DNA of 64,000 nt from an uncultured delta proteobacterium (lineage in GTDB: Bacteria > Myxococcota_A > Polyangia > Polyangiales > Polyangiaceae). The position numbers and the translations under genes were made by a program. The first letter of the stretch is position 1; every line of letters starts with the position of its first letter. Below the pieces are notes generated by a model. That model had not been told where the DNA came from and searched no databases. It worked only from the letters and a program-made list of their open reading frames with translations. The stretch is taken from NCBI GenBank assembly GCA_963841435.1, contig CAWJCS010000005.1, positions 1,568,001-1,632,000 of the forward strand, written 5' to 3'. Positions 18,814 to 30,791 of the stretch are shown piece by piece.

Positions 18814-20016
18814 TTATTTCGCTGGTTTGTACTGACTCTTCTGAGGCTCGTCAGCGCCCGGCGGCGCGGCCGCCACGGCGCCGCCAATCAGCCTGAAATC
18901 CGAGCGCTCCGAGGGCCCGAAAGAGCCCGTCGGAACGAGGTCGAGGCGCGTCGTCGTGACGAAGATCTGACCCCTATTCTGAGCGACGAGCTCGATGACG
19001 GCAAGAGTGCGCTCCTGGTCGAGCTCGCTCGAGACATCGTCGAGCAGGAGCACCGGATCGGCGCCCCGCGCGGCGCGAATGCACTCGAGCTCGGCGAGCT
19101 TGAGCGCGAGGGCGAAAAGTCTCTGCTGGCCCTGAGACCCGTGCGTGCGCGCCGGGCGCCCGAGCAAAGTGATCTCGAGCTCGTCGCGTTGCGGGCCAAA
19201 GCTCGCTGCGCCGCGCCGCATGTCGGCGGGGCGTGCCTCGGCGAGGCGCCGCGCGAAAAGCGCAGGGTCGTCTACGCCGCCCGCTTGGTAGCGCGAAGCG
19301 CCGAGCGTGCCTCGAGCAGCCACGCGCTCGAACGTACGCCCGAGCTCCGCGAGCACGCGTTCGGCGGCGCGCGCGCGTGCCTGCGAGAACCGGGAGCCCT
19401 CGGTGGCCATCACGGCTTCGAATGCGTCCAGATCGGGGCTTCGCACGCCTCGCTCGGCGAGCACGCGCTGGCGCGAGCGTAACGCGCGATCGTAGCGGGC
19501 GCGGGACTCGGCGCCCGGCGGGTCCACGAACAACATCACGCGGTCGAGGAGCCGCCTCCTTCCGCTCGCGCTCCCTCCCACGAGGGTGAGGTCGCCGGGG
19601 CAGAAGGCGACCACCGGGGTGCGCGTCGCATAGGCGGAGAGCGTCGAGGGCGCCTTGCCATCGACGCGAGCGCTGCGCGAGCGCCCCGTGAGCACGAGTC
19701 GCTGCTCGCGCGGCACGCCCCCCTCGACCACGCAGACAACGCTACTCCCGCCCTCGGCGCCTTCCTGAATCACCGTGGCGAGGCGGTCGGCACGAAAGCT
19801 CTTCGTCGTCGCGGCAAGGTAGATGGCCTCGAGCACGCTGGTCTTGCCGTGCCCATTGTCGCCGACGATGACGTTGAGTCGCGGCGAGAGCCGAAGGTCG
19901 AGCGCTTGGATGTTCCTGAGACGCCTGACGGCTAGCGTCTCGACGTGGAGCTGACTCGTTCCTTCGTCGGCGATGAAGGGAACCCTAACCTCGACGCAGG
20001 CAGTCTTGGAAGGCAA
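18814..20016 (-). CDS. recF: DNA replication/repair protein RecF
   Basis: GDNGHGKTSVLEAIY, GSQGQQR, LLLDDVSSELD; between dnaN and gyrB; start uncertain (TTG 20016 or ATC 19974). Confidence 0.95.
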   Translation of the reverse strand: MPSKTACVEVRVPFIADEGTSQLHVETLAVRRLRNIQALDLRLSPRLNVIVGDNGHGKTSVLEAIYLAATTKSFRADRLATVIQEGAEGGSSVVCVVEGGVPREQRLVLTGRSRSARVDGKAPSTLSAYATRTPVVAFCPGDLTLVGGSASGRRRLLDRVMLFVDPPGAESRARYDRALRSRQRVLAERGVRSPDLDAFEAVMATEGSRFSQARARAAERVLAELGRTFERVAARGTLGASRYQAGGVDDPALFARRLAEARPADMRRGAASFGPQRDELEITLLGRPARTHGSQGQQRLFALALKLAELECIRAARGADPVLLLDDVSSELDQERTLAVIELVAQNRGQIFVTTTRLDLVPTGSFGPSERSDFRLIGGAVAAAPPGADEPQKSQYKPAK

Positions 20017-20059
20017 GATCTCGCACGCGCGGCCTTTCCGCCAGATCGACGCGAGCCGC

Positions 20060-21202
20060 TCAGATGCGCATTGGCATGATCACGGCGAGGTAGTTCTCGG
20101 CGCCGGTCGTCTCCGCGGGCCGAATCACCGCCGGATCGAGCTCACCGCCGAGCGAGAGCTCAACGTCGTCGGTGCTGATCGCACGCAGGACGTCGAGGAA
20201 GTAGCGGGCATTGAAGCCGACGGTGAGGTCCGGACCATCGTAGTCCACGGCGAGCTCGTCGAAGCCTTCGCCGCTCTCGGGGCTCTCGCTTTCGAAACGA
20301 AGCTTGCCCTTCGAGAGCGATAGTTTCACGCCACCGGTACGATCGCTCGCGGCAACCGAAACGGCGTTGAGCGCTTCCGCCGTCGCAGCACGCGGGACCC
20401 TCACGCGATTGGCGTGCTGATCGGGAATGACCTGCTGGTACGGCGGGAACTGCGCGTCCACGAGCTTGACGCTGAACTTCAGACCCGGCAGCTCGAAGAA
20501 CGCGTTGGGGCCGCTCTGCAGGAGCGCGATCTCCGCTTCGCCGTCGGCGTCCTTCTTGCTCGCGACCTCGTCGCACAACCGGCGTAGCTCGTTCACGCCC
20601 TTGAGCGGGATCAGCATCGTGCTCGAGGCGTGTCGCCCGGGCACCGTGGCTTCCATCTTCGAGAGGCGATGGCCATCGGTGGTCACCATGCGAACGCGAT
20701 CGCCGTCCCACTCGAAGAGTGCGCTGCTGAGGTGCGGTCGCGTCTCGTCGCTCGAGATCGAAAAATGCGTTGCCGCGATCAGCGACGCGAGCGTCGCGGC
20801 GCCGAGCGTCGAGGACTTCGCGTCGGCGGCCGGCTCCGGCAAGCTCGGAAACTCTTCGCCCGGAATGCCTTGCAGCGTGAAGCGCCGGGGCGAGCCGACG
20901 GCACGCAACGTGGTCGCCGAATTGCCGGCCGTCGCGATACCGATCTCACCGTCGGGCATGTTGCGCACGCGCTCGACGAGATCGCGCGCGCCCACCGCAA
21001 CGCTGCCGCCCTGTTCCACGCGCGCCGGGATCTTGCCGCGCACAGCGAGGATCAAATCCGTCGCGGCGAGGCGCAGCTCGTTCGGGCCACCGACCTCGAG
21101 CAGAACGTTGCCGAGCACGGGCATGGTGCTCTTTTTGTCCGCCACGCCCTGGCAGCGATCGAGCACGGGGAGCAGATCCTTTTTGCTGACAATGACGTGC
21201 AT
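20060..21202 (-). CDS. dnaN: DNA polymerase III beta clamp
   Basis: TMPVLGNVLL, ATDL, TTDGHRL, FPPYQQVIP, GFNARY, C-terminal VIMPMRI. Confidence 0.98.
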   Translation of the reverse strand: MHVIVSKKDLLPVLDRCQGVADKKSTMPVLGNVLLEVGGPNELRLAATDLILAVRGKIPARVEQGGSVAVGARDLVERVRNMPDGEIGIATAGNSATTLRAVGSPRRFTLQGIPGEEFPSLPEPAADAKSSTLGAATLASLIAATHFSISSDETRPHLSSALFEWDGDRVRMVTTDGHRLSKMEATVPGRHASSTMLIPLKGVNELRRLCDEVASKKDADGEAEIALLQSGPNAFFELPGLKFSVKLVDAQFPPYQQVIPDQHANRVRVPRAATAEALNAVSVAASDRTGGVKLSLSKGKLRFESESPESGEGFDELAVDYDGPDLTVGFNARYFLDVLRAISTDDVELSLGGELDPAVIRPAETTGAENYLAVIMPMRI

Positions 21203-21540
21203 CGGGCGGACGGTGTACCCGGGTGGCCCGGCCGGCGCCAGAGTCTCGAAGCACGCTGCTCTGAATCTGTCGTGGTCCTGACCCGACGCTGGCACCTTCC
21301 GGTCAACTCTGAGGAATATTTAAGAAGAACCAGTCGTCGTTAGTAGGCCCTGTGGGGGCTGGGGATTTTTCCGTAAACCTTCGGAATGTTGAGGTGTTTC
21401 ACGGTGTAGGCTAGGGAGAACGCACGGGGTTGGGTACCGCGCTGGCTGTGGGCGAAACGACTCGGTCGCGCTCGTCCACGGGGGTGCACCCCGTCCGTCC
21501 CTAGGGATCTCCAGACCTTATCCAGAGGGTGTGGACGAGG
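21203..21540. other. Candidate chromosomal replication origin (oriC)
   Basis: Lower-GC gap upstream of dnaN: AT-rich GAATATTTAAGAAG, trio-like run ending TAGTAG (21346), GGCC, tandem DnaA-box-like TGTGGGGGC/TGGGGATTT; further box-like TGTGGGCGA, TCGTCCACG, TTATCCAGA, TGTGGACGA. Confidence 0.65.
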
Positions 21541-22792
21541 CTTTTTCTGCCCTCGCCGTAGCCGTGCGCGCTCGGCGCCCGCGTTTTTTGTCCTGTTGGA
21601 CGCCAATTCGGGCGATGGCGTCGACCAGCGACCGGTGAGCGCGGTCGTAGGCAGTGGGGCCGATCTCACCGCGATGACGCGCCTTGGCGAGCACGACGAG
21701 CTCGGAAAAGAGCAGATCGCGAGCTCGGGCTCGATCGCCCAGATGCCGCTCGGTCGGAGCGATCTTGAGCTTGCCCGCCGCTGCCAATCCGCCCGCGACT
21801 CCGAACGCAAGAGCGATAGCAACGGCGACCCAGCGCCCTTCATCGGGTGTCGGTAGTCCCGTGAGCACGATGGTGAACGCACCGACCTCCGGCTCACCGC
21901 GCCCGACGAGCCGTCGCGTTACGAGCACGTGATCACCGCTCGGCCCCGTGCCCTCGCGCGGCGGCTCGAAGCCGTCAACCTCGAGCCCCATGTTCTTGTT
22001 CGCGACGGCGATGACGCGCATCTCCGCGGTGCGTGCCGGCGGACGGACCGAAAACGTCATGCTCGTCGAGTCCGGCTTCGGCACCTGAAAGCGAAAGCTC
22101 ACGTCCTGCTGGCCTGGGGGAAAAGTGCCGACGAGGCGCGCGCCGCGGCCGTCCACGGCTTCGAAACGCGCGTCGAACATCGACTCGCCGGCGTTGAACG
22201 CCTTGAAGTCGCTCGGCAAGGACATGATCACGTCCTTGGGCACCCAGGCGGCCTTGCCCAGATTGATCACGCGGAAGAGCGTTTCGATCTGAAAGACGTC
22301 GTCGCGCGTCTCGATGTAGAAAAAGCCGCGCATCCCCACGATCGCCTGAGCCGGATCGGTCGTGACGGGATAGACGTGCAGCGTCACGCGCATGCCGTGA
22401 TCGCGCAGGTTGAACGGGGTCGACGCATACTCGGCGGGGCCCGAGCGGGCCGTGACGCGGTAGGCGTAGTTGCTGCCGGTCTCGAGACCGTCGAAGCGAG
22501 TCTTGCCGTCGGTGCCGGTTTTTTGGGTGCGCGAGGTGCGCGATTCACCCTCGGCGATCTTCTGGAACAGGATGCCGAGGCGCACGTCATGGCCAGCGAT
22601 CGGCGCGTCGTTGCCGTCAACCAGCGCGACTTCGATGCTGTCGTGCGGCAGGTCGAGGGCCGGCTCCTCGGTGTTGGGCCGCGCGTCGCCGTGTGGCGAA
22701 GCGTGCGGATTGTCCATGGCGCCCTGCGGGCGCGCTGGCGACGCGAGGAGCAGGCCGCCGAGCAGCGACAGCGAGACAACCAGACGCTTCAT
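21518..22792 (-). CDS. Membrane-anchored periplasmic protein of the ccm locus (beta-sandwich domains, CcmI-like C-terminal helix)
   Basis: Signal peptide, KTGTDGKTRFDGL, C-terminal TM followed by GEIGPTAYDR; coupled to upstream ccm genes. Confidence 0.6.
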   Translation of the reverse strand: MKRLVVSLSLLGGLLLASPARPQGAMDNPHASPHGDARPNTEEPALDLPHDSIEVALVDGNDAPIAGHDVRLGILFQKIAEGESRTSRTQKTGTDGKTRFDGLETGSNYAYRVTARSGPAEYASTPFNLRDHGMRVTLHVYPVTTDPAQAIVGMRGFFYIETRDDVFQIETLFRVINLGKAAWVPKDVIMSLPSDFKAFNAGESMFDARFEAVDGRGARLVGTFPPGQQDVSFRFQVPKPDSTSMTFSVRPPARTAEMRVIAVANKNMGLEVDGFEPPREGTGPSGDHVLVTRRLVGRGEPEVGAFTIVLTGLPTPDEGRWVAVAIALAFGVAGGLAAAGKLKIAPTERHLGDRARARDLLFSELVVLAKARHRGEIGPTAYDRAHRSLVDAIARIGVQQDKKRGRRARTATARAEKASSTPSG

Positions 22793-23330
22793 GCGCTCTC
22801 CTCGTCCCCCTCCGAGTGCGGAGCCGCAAGCTCGGGATCGGAGGGTGGCTCCGTGGCTTCGGCGGGGGGCTCGGGCTCGCGAGCCTTCTCCTTCGCGTTC
22901 TTTTCTTCGGCGCGCAGCCGGTCCGCGAGCTGTCGCTCGACCTCGGCACGCTCGTCGGCGCCGCCGGCGTCGAGGGCGGCAATGAGACGGCGCGCCTCGG
23001 CGCGATACCGCGTCGAGAGCTCTCTGTAGTCTTCGTCGCCGATCTTGCCGACGCTGCGCTCGAACTCGAGATCCTTGAGAGCGCGCAACACGGCGCGCTT
23101 CTGTTCCTCTTCCGCGGACGGCGCCCCGAGGCTTAGGGCTTCTTCGAGCGAAAGCGGCGACTCTCCCGTGAGGCTCTGGACGCTCGCCCAGAGCAGCGCA
23201 ATGACGCCCACGAGCGCGCCGCCTGCGATGACGAGCAGCGCGATCTCGACGCCGAGCGTGGCGCCGGCCGCTGCGGCTCCCACGAGGGTGACGAGCGGTA
23301 GCAGCAGGGGAAGCGGCAGCGGCGGCCGCT

Positions 23331-23334
<4 letters not shown>
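22789..23334 (-). CDS. CcmI N-terminal-like membrane protein
   Basis: Two TM helices then LKDLEFERSVGKIGDEDYRELSTRY; ATG overlaps ccmF stop. Confidence 0.6.
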
Positions 23335-25640
<2,306 letters not shown>

Positions 25641-25759
25641 GGCGGGGGCCGGAGCTTACTCCAATCGAACGCGGGGGGCCCTTTTTGCCGTTCGAGCGTC
25701 CTCGCCTGCGAAGAAAGGGTGCTCGATAGCCGGGAATAACTGGCGCGTGGAGTCGGTTC

Positions 25760-26488
25760 TCACGCCTCGTCGGAGACCGTCGTGCCGAGGTGCTCGCCCC
25801 AGCACACGCGCCGGATGTTACCGGGGGTCATGCGAAAGACGTGGATCCTCAAGCCGTTGTCGCGGCAGAGGGCGACGGCGGTCGCGTCCATGACGCCCAG
25901 GTGATCGGCGAGCAGTCGGTCGTAGTTCACGCGCTCGAGCAGGGTGGCTCCTGCGTGGTGCACTGGGTCCCGGTCGTAGATTCCGTCCACTTTGGTCGCC
26001 TTGAGCAGCCCGTCGGCGCGCACCTCCATGGCCCGGAGCGCGGCGGCAGTGTCCGTGGAAAAGAATGGGTTGCCCGTACCGGCGGCGAAAATCACCGTGT
26101 GACCGCGCTCGAGATGACGGATGGCCCGTCGCCGGATGTACGGCTCGGCGACCTGCTGGATCGAGATGGCCGTCATCACCCGTGTCGGCAGTCCGACGCG
26201 CTCGAGCGCGTCTTGGAGGGCGAGCGCGTTGATGACCGTGGCAAGCATCCCCATGTAGTCGCTCTGCGCGCGGTCCATGCCCTCGCTGGCGCCTCTCAGG
26301 CCGCGGAAGATGTTGCCGCCGCCCACGACCAGAGCGATCTGCACGCCCGTGGCTTGGACGTCGCGGAGCTCCTCCGCGGTCGCGCGGAGCGTGGCGGTAT
26401 CGATCCCCGAGCCGCCCTGTTTGCCGCTCAACGCCTCCCCGCTGAGCTTGATGACCACCCGCTTGTAGCGCTGAGTCTTCTCTTCCAC
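25760..26488 (-). CDS. pyrH: UMP kinase
   Basis: [39 protein letters not shown] start with GGAG RBS. Confidence 0.97.
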   Translation of the reverse strand: MEEKTQRYKRVVIKLSGEALSGKQGGSGIDTATLRATAEELRDVQATGVQIALVVGGGNIFRGLRGASEGMDRAQSDYMGMLATVINALALQDALERVGLPTRVMTAISIQQVAEPYIRRRAIRHLERGHTVIFAAGTGNPFFSTDTAAALRAMEVRADGLLKATKVDGIYDRDPVHHAGATLLERVNYDRLLADHLGVMDATAVALCRDNGLRIHVFRMTPGNIRRVCWGEHLGTTVSDEA

Positions 26489-26672
26489 GAGCACGGCTCC
26501 TACTCTCGTGCGGGGCGACGGGCAACCAGCGGCGGCGACACGACCTGGCCGGCCGCGGTTCCGCCGACGCTCGACACGCGCGTGGATGCCCCTCGCGCGC
26601 GCCGTGCCCGGCGGCTGGAGGCGCCCGGGGCGTGCTCGACGAGGGCGCCCGGCCGTAGTATCCCCCGGCGCG

Positions 26673-27815
26673 ATGGCGCATAGGGATCGGAGGCTCGTGA
26701 GACCAACACACCTGGGGCGATGGGGTCGAAGGCTCGTCGTGTGGGCCGCGCTCGTCGCGGCGCTCGTCAGCTGCTCGAAGAAGAAGAAGGACGAGCCCCA
26801 CGCGGCCGCCTCGGCGAGCGCGTCGGCGGGTCCGAAGGCGCTGTCGCCCGAGCTTGCCAAAAAGACACTCGCGAAGGTGGGTGATCGCGTGATCACCCTC
26901 GGCGACTACGCCGCGGCGCTCGAGCGCATGGACCCCTTCGAGCGTATGCGCTATCAGTCGCCGGATCGTCGTCGGCGTCTGCTCGACGAGATGGTGGAGG
27001 TGGAGCTCCTCGCGCAGGAAGCCGCGCGACGTGGGCTCGACAAGGCGCCCGAAACCAAGGAACGCATCCGGCAAGTCCTGCGCGACGAGGTGCTCGAGGA
27101 AGTGCGCAAGGGCGCCCCCGGCGCGAACGATATCCCCGAGGCGGACCTGAGAGCGTACTACGACGCCCACAAGGACGACTTTGCAGAGCCCGAGCGCCGG
27201 CGGGTGGCCGCCATCGTGCTCGACAGCGAGCCCTCGGCGAAAGCCGCGCTCGCCAAGGCGATGGGCGCCGAAGGCAAGGCGTGGGGCGAGCTCGTCGAGC
27301 GCCTCTCCGTGCAGAGGGGCCCGCGCCTCAGCTCGACCCCGAGCGAGCTTTCGGGCGATCTCGGCATCGTGGGGCCGCCCGGTCACCCGCGTGGCGCGAA
27401 CCCTCGCGTGCCCGAGCCCGTGCGAGAGGCTGCGTTCAAGGTGGCCGAGCTCAACAAGACGTATCCCTCCATCGTGGAGTCCGACGGAAAGTTTTACGTC
27501 ATCCGCGTGACGAGCAAGTCGCCCGGTCGCGAGCGCCGCTACGAAGAGTCCGTGCGAGCGATCCGCACGGCTGTCGTCCAGGCCCGCATCAAGGAGCGCG
27601 AGCAAGCGCTCGAGAAGGATCTGCGCGGCCGCTTCCCCGTGAAGGTCGACGACACGGTGCTCGCCGCGATGACGTTGCCGCCGCCGGCGCCCGCCGGCGC
27701 CCGCATCTCGTCGTCCCCCGGCGCACTCACGCCAGGCAACTTCAAGATCCCGGCTCTACCGAAGCTCACGGGCATGGCGCCACACGGCAAGCCGTCGGTC
27801 GCGTCGCCAAAGTGA
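26673..27815 (+). CDS. PpiC/PrsA-type peptidyl-prolyl isomerase lipoprotein
   Basis: LVSC lipobox, [26 protein letters not shown], parvulin-like core. Confidence 0.8.
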   Translation: MAHRDRRLVRPTHLGRWGRRLVVWAALVAALVSCSKKKKDEPHAAASASASAGPKALSPELAKKTLAKVGDRVITLGDYAAALERMDPFERMRYQSPDRRRRLLDEMVEVELLAQEAARRGLDKAPETKERIRQVLRDEVLEEVRKGAPGANDIPEADLRAYYDAHKDDFAEPERRRVAAIVLDSEPSAKAALAKAMGAEGKAWGELVERLSVQRGPRLSSTPSELSGDLGIVGPPGHPRGANPRVPEPVREAAFKVAELNKTYPSIVESDGKFYVIRVTSKSPGRERRYEESVRAIRTAVVQARIKEREQALEKDLRGRFPVKVDDTVLAAMTLPPPAPAGARISSSPGALTPGNFKIPALPKLTGMAPHGKPSVASPK

Positions 27816-28921
27816 GCCAGCCCGTCGTCGCGCTCCCGCGCGCCTCCGAGAGCGCGAGCGAGTGGGGCGACGAGCTTCGCCGCGCGGTGCGAACCGCTGA
27901 CGAGCTCGCCCGGGTGCTGCGACTGACTCCCGAAGAGCTCGCGGGCGCGCGGGCCGCCGAGGTTCAGGGACTGCCGCTGCTCGTCACGCCGTACTACCTG
28001 TCGCTCTGTGACCCGGACGATTCCGCTTGTCCCATCCGGCGACAGATCGTGCCGCACGCCGCCGAAGCCCTCACGCTCCGCGGCGACCTCGTGGACCCGC
28101 TCGGTGAAGCCGCGCACGAGGTGGCGCCGGATCTCGTCCAGCGCTACCCCGATCGCGCGCTGATCGTCGCCACGGATCGCTGCGCCGTCTATTGCCGGTT
28201 CTGCACGCGCTCGCGGCTCGTCGGCGCCGGCGGCGGCGCTCGCTCGCTCGAGCATCTCGCACCCGCTTTCGCGTACCTCGAGTCTCACCCCGAAGTTCGC
28301 AACGTCATCGTGAGCGGCGGAGACCTGCTTGCGATGGCGACCGCGCGCGTCGAGCGCCTGGTGGCGCGGCTGCGCGCCATCCCCAGCATCGAGACGATCC
28401 GCCTCGCGACGCGCGTGCCCGTCGTGCTGCCGCAACGCATCACCGACGAGCTCCTGGCGGCGCTCCGGCCCCATCACCCACTCTGGGTCATGACGCATTT
28501 CAACCATCCGCGCGAGCTCACGGAGCGCTCGCGGGCGGCGCTGCGGCGGCTCGCCGACGCGGGCTTTCCCGTGATGAACCACACCGTTCTTCTCAAGGGC
28601 GTCAACGACGACGCGACCACGCTCGCGGCGCTGTTTCGCGGCCTGGTGCGCGAGCGCGCGCGCCCCTACTACCTTCTGCAGATGGACCCGGTACGCGGCT
28701 CCTCGCACCTCAGAACGCCGCTCGCGACGGGCGTCGCCATCATGGAAGCCCTGCAGGGACGACTGAGCGGCATCGCTCTGCCGAAGCTCATCGTCAACAC
28801 ACCGGGCGGCTTTGGCAAGGTGCCCCACGGTCCCGATTACGTCGTCGAGCGCGGCGAGGGCGTGACGCGTTTTCGAACGCCGCGCGGTGTCGAGGTCAAC
28901 TACTTCGATCCCGAAGGGTGA
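27812..28921 (+). CDS. KamA-family radical SAM protein (lysine 2,3-aminomutase-like)
   Basis: QRYPDR, CAVYCRFCTR, SGGD, HFNHPREL, LLKGVND, PGGFGKVP. Confidence 0.93.
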   Translation: MSQPVVALPRASESASEWGDELRRAVRTADELARVLRLTPEELAGARAAEVQGLPLLVTPYYLSLCDPDDSACPIRRQIVPHAAEALTLRGDLVDPLGEAAHEVAPDLVQRYPDRALIVATDRCAVYCRFCTRSRLVGAGGGARSLEHLAPAFAYLESHPEVRNVIVSGGDLLAMATARVERLVARLRAIPSIETIRLATRVPVVLPQRITDELLAALRPHHPLWVMTHFNHPRELTERSRAALRRLADAGFPVMNHTVLLKGVNDDATTLAALFRGLVRERARPYYLLQMDPVRGSSHLRTPLATGVAIMEALQGRLSGIALPKLIVNTPGGFGKVPHGPDYVVERGEGVTRFRTPRGVEVNYFDPEG

Positions 28922-28977
28922 GCGCCGGCTCGCTCGTCGACCCTGCGCGAGGGGCCGGCGGCGTGCAGGCGCGGGGC

Positions 28978-30528
28978 TCAGAGCGGCATGTTGCCGTGCT
29001 TCTTCGGCGGGTTCTTGTCGCGCTTGGTGCGGAAAAGCTCGAGGTACGCGCCGAGCCGGCGACGCGAGTCCCGGGGTCGAATGACCTCGTCGACGAAGCC
29101 GAGGCCCGCGGCCAGGTAGGGGCTCGCGAAGCGAGCCCGGTAGTCCCTCACGAAGTCGGCGCGCGCTGCATCGGGATCGGCCGCCGCCTCGATCGCGGCG
29201 CGATGCACGACGTTGACCGCCGCCTCGGGCCCCATCACGGCAATCTCGGCAGTCGGGAAGGCGAGGTTCACGTCGGCGCGGATGTGCTTGCTGTTCATCA
29301 CGTCGTAGGCTCCGCCGTAGGCCTTGCGCGTGATGACCGTGAGCTTCGGCACCGTCGCTTCGCTGAACGCGTAGAGCAGCTTCGCCCCGTGAGCGATGAT
29401 GCCGCGGTGCTCCTGATCGACACCCGGCAAGAAGCCGGGCACATCGACCCACACGACGAGTGGCACGTTGAAGCAGTCGCAGAAGCGAACGAAGCGCGCC
29501 GCCTTGACGCTCGCGTCGATGTCGAGCACGCCCGCGAGCACCGCGGGTTGATTCGCGACGACCCCGACGGGCCGCCCACCCATGCGCGCGAATCCGACGA
29601 TGATGTTCTTGGCGAAGCCCGCGTGGATCTCGAATAGATCGCCGTCGTCGACGGTGGCCTCGATGACGCGGCGCATGTCGTAGGGCTTGTGGGTCTCGAC
29701 GGGGATCAGACGGTCGAGCTCGGGCGCGTCGCGGTCGATGGGATCGGTGGCGGCGCGGCGAGGTGGATCCTCGGCGTTGTTGGAGGGCAAGAAGCCGAGC
29801 AGCTCGCGCACGGCGTCGAGACAGGCGCCATCGTCGGGCGCCGTAACGTGGCACACGCCGCTCTTTTCGGCGTGGGTCGCGGCGCCGCCCAGCGTTTCCT
29901 TCGTCACGTCCTCGTGGGTGACGGCGCGAATCACGTCCGGGCCCGTGATGAACATGTAGCTCGTGCCCTCCACCATGAGGATGAAATCGGTGATGGCCGG
30001 CGAGTACACGGCGCCCCCCGCGCACGGACCCATGATGCAAGAGAGCTGCGGCACGACGCCGCTCAAGAGCGTGTTCCGAAGGAAGATGTCGGCGTAGCCC
30101 GCGAGCGCGGCGACGCCTTCCTGGATGCGGGCGCCGCCCGAATCGTTGAGCCCGATCACCGGCGTGCCGACGCGTAGCGCATGCTCCATGAGGCGTACGA
30201 TCTTCTCGGCGTGGGCGGCGCCGAGCGAGCCGCCGAGCACGGTGAAATCCTGCGCGAACACGCAGACCCGCCGACCCTCGACGGTGCCGTGGCCGGTGAC
30301 GACCCCGTCGCCGGGGGCGCTGTCGGTCCCTCCGAGATTCGTGGCGCGGTGCGTGACGAAGCCGCCCATCTCGACGAAGCTTTCGGGATCGAGCAGCCGG
30401 GTGATGCGCTCCCGCGCCGTCAGCTTGTTGGCCGCATGCTGCTTTTCGATGCGCGCCTCGCCGCCGCCCCCGAGCGCAGCGAGCTCGCGCGCAGCGAGCT
30501 CGGCGAAACGATCCGTTTCGTCGCTCAT
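28978..30528 (-). CDS. pccB: Acyl-CoA (propionyl/methylmalonyl-CoA) carboxyltransferase beta subunit
   Basis: QDFTVLGGSLG, DSGGARIQEG, GPCAGGAVYSPA, VDVPGFLPG, KKHGNMPL. Confidence 0.92.
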   Translation of the reverse strand: MSDETDRFAELAARELAALGGGGEARIEKQHAANKLTARERITRLLDPESFVEMGGFVTHRATNLGGTDSAPGDGVVTGHGTVEGRRVCVFAQDFTVLGGSLGAAHAEKIVRLMEHALRVGTPVIGLNDSGGARIQEGVAALAGYADIFLRNTLLSGVVPQLSCIMGPCAGGAVYSPAITDFILMVEGTSYMFITGPDVIRAVTHEDVTKETLGGAATHAEKSGVCHVTAPDDGACLDAVRELLGFLPSNNAEDPPRRAATDPIDRDAPELDRLIPVETHKPYDMRRVIEATVDDGDLFEIHAGFAKNIIVGFARMGGRPVGVVANQPAVLAGVLDIDASVKAARFVRFCDCFNVPLVVWVDVPGFLPGVDQEHRGIIAHGAKLLYAFSEATVPKLTVITRKAYGGAYDVMNSKHIRADVNLAFPTAEIAVMGPEAAVNVVHRAAIEAAADPDAARADFVRDYRARFASPYLAAGLGFVDEVIRPRDSRRRLGAYLELFRTKRDKNPPKKHGNMPL

Positions 30529-30791
30529 CGTCGCTTGGCTCGAGCATAGCTCGGGAGGGTCGCTCACGAAAAGACTGCGCGCGCTGGGCTGAGCCGATGG
30601 TCGATGCCGCGATGGATCTCGCCGGCGCGTGGTTCGGTCCCCGCCCGGCGCCGGGCGGCTGCTCGTCGATCTCGCTCAGCGGCTTGCTGCGGCAGCGCCT
30701 GCGCCCGGGGACGTACCGCTCGTTTCGCGAGGATCCCGCCGACGCCTGACGACCGGCCAAGGCGCCGAACGTTCGGCGCAGGAGCGGTCGC

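Noticed and set aside
21395-21410. parS-like TGTTTCACG in the candidate origin
   Set aside because: Only a half site; the second arm (TGAAACA) is absent.
30597-30749. 50-aa plus-strand ORF between pccB and the SET gene
   Set aside because: No RBS, motif or recognisable homology; cannot be supported.
27539-30760. 1073-aa minus-strand ORF and other long Arg/Ala/Pro-rich overlapping ORFs in the track
   Set aside because: Shadow frames of real high-GC genes (pccB, KamA family and others); no motifs.
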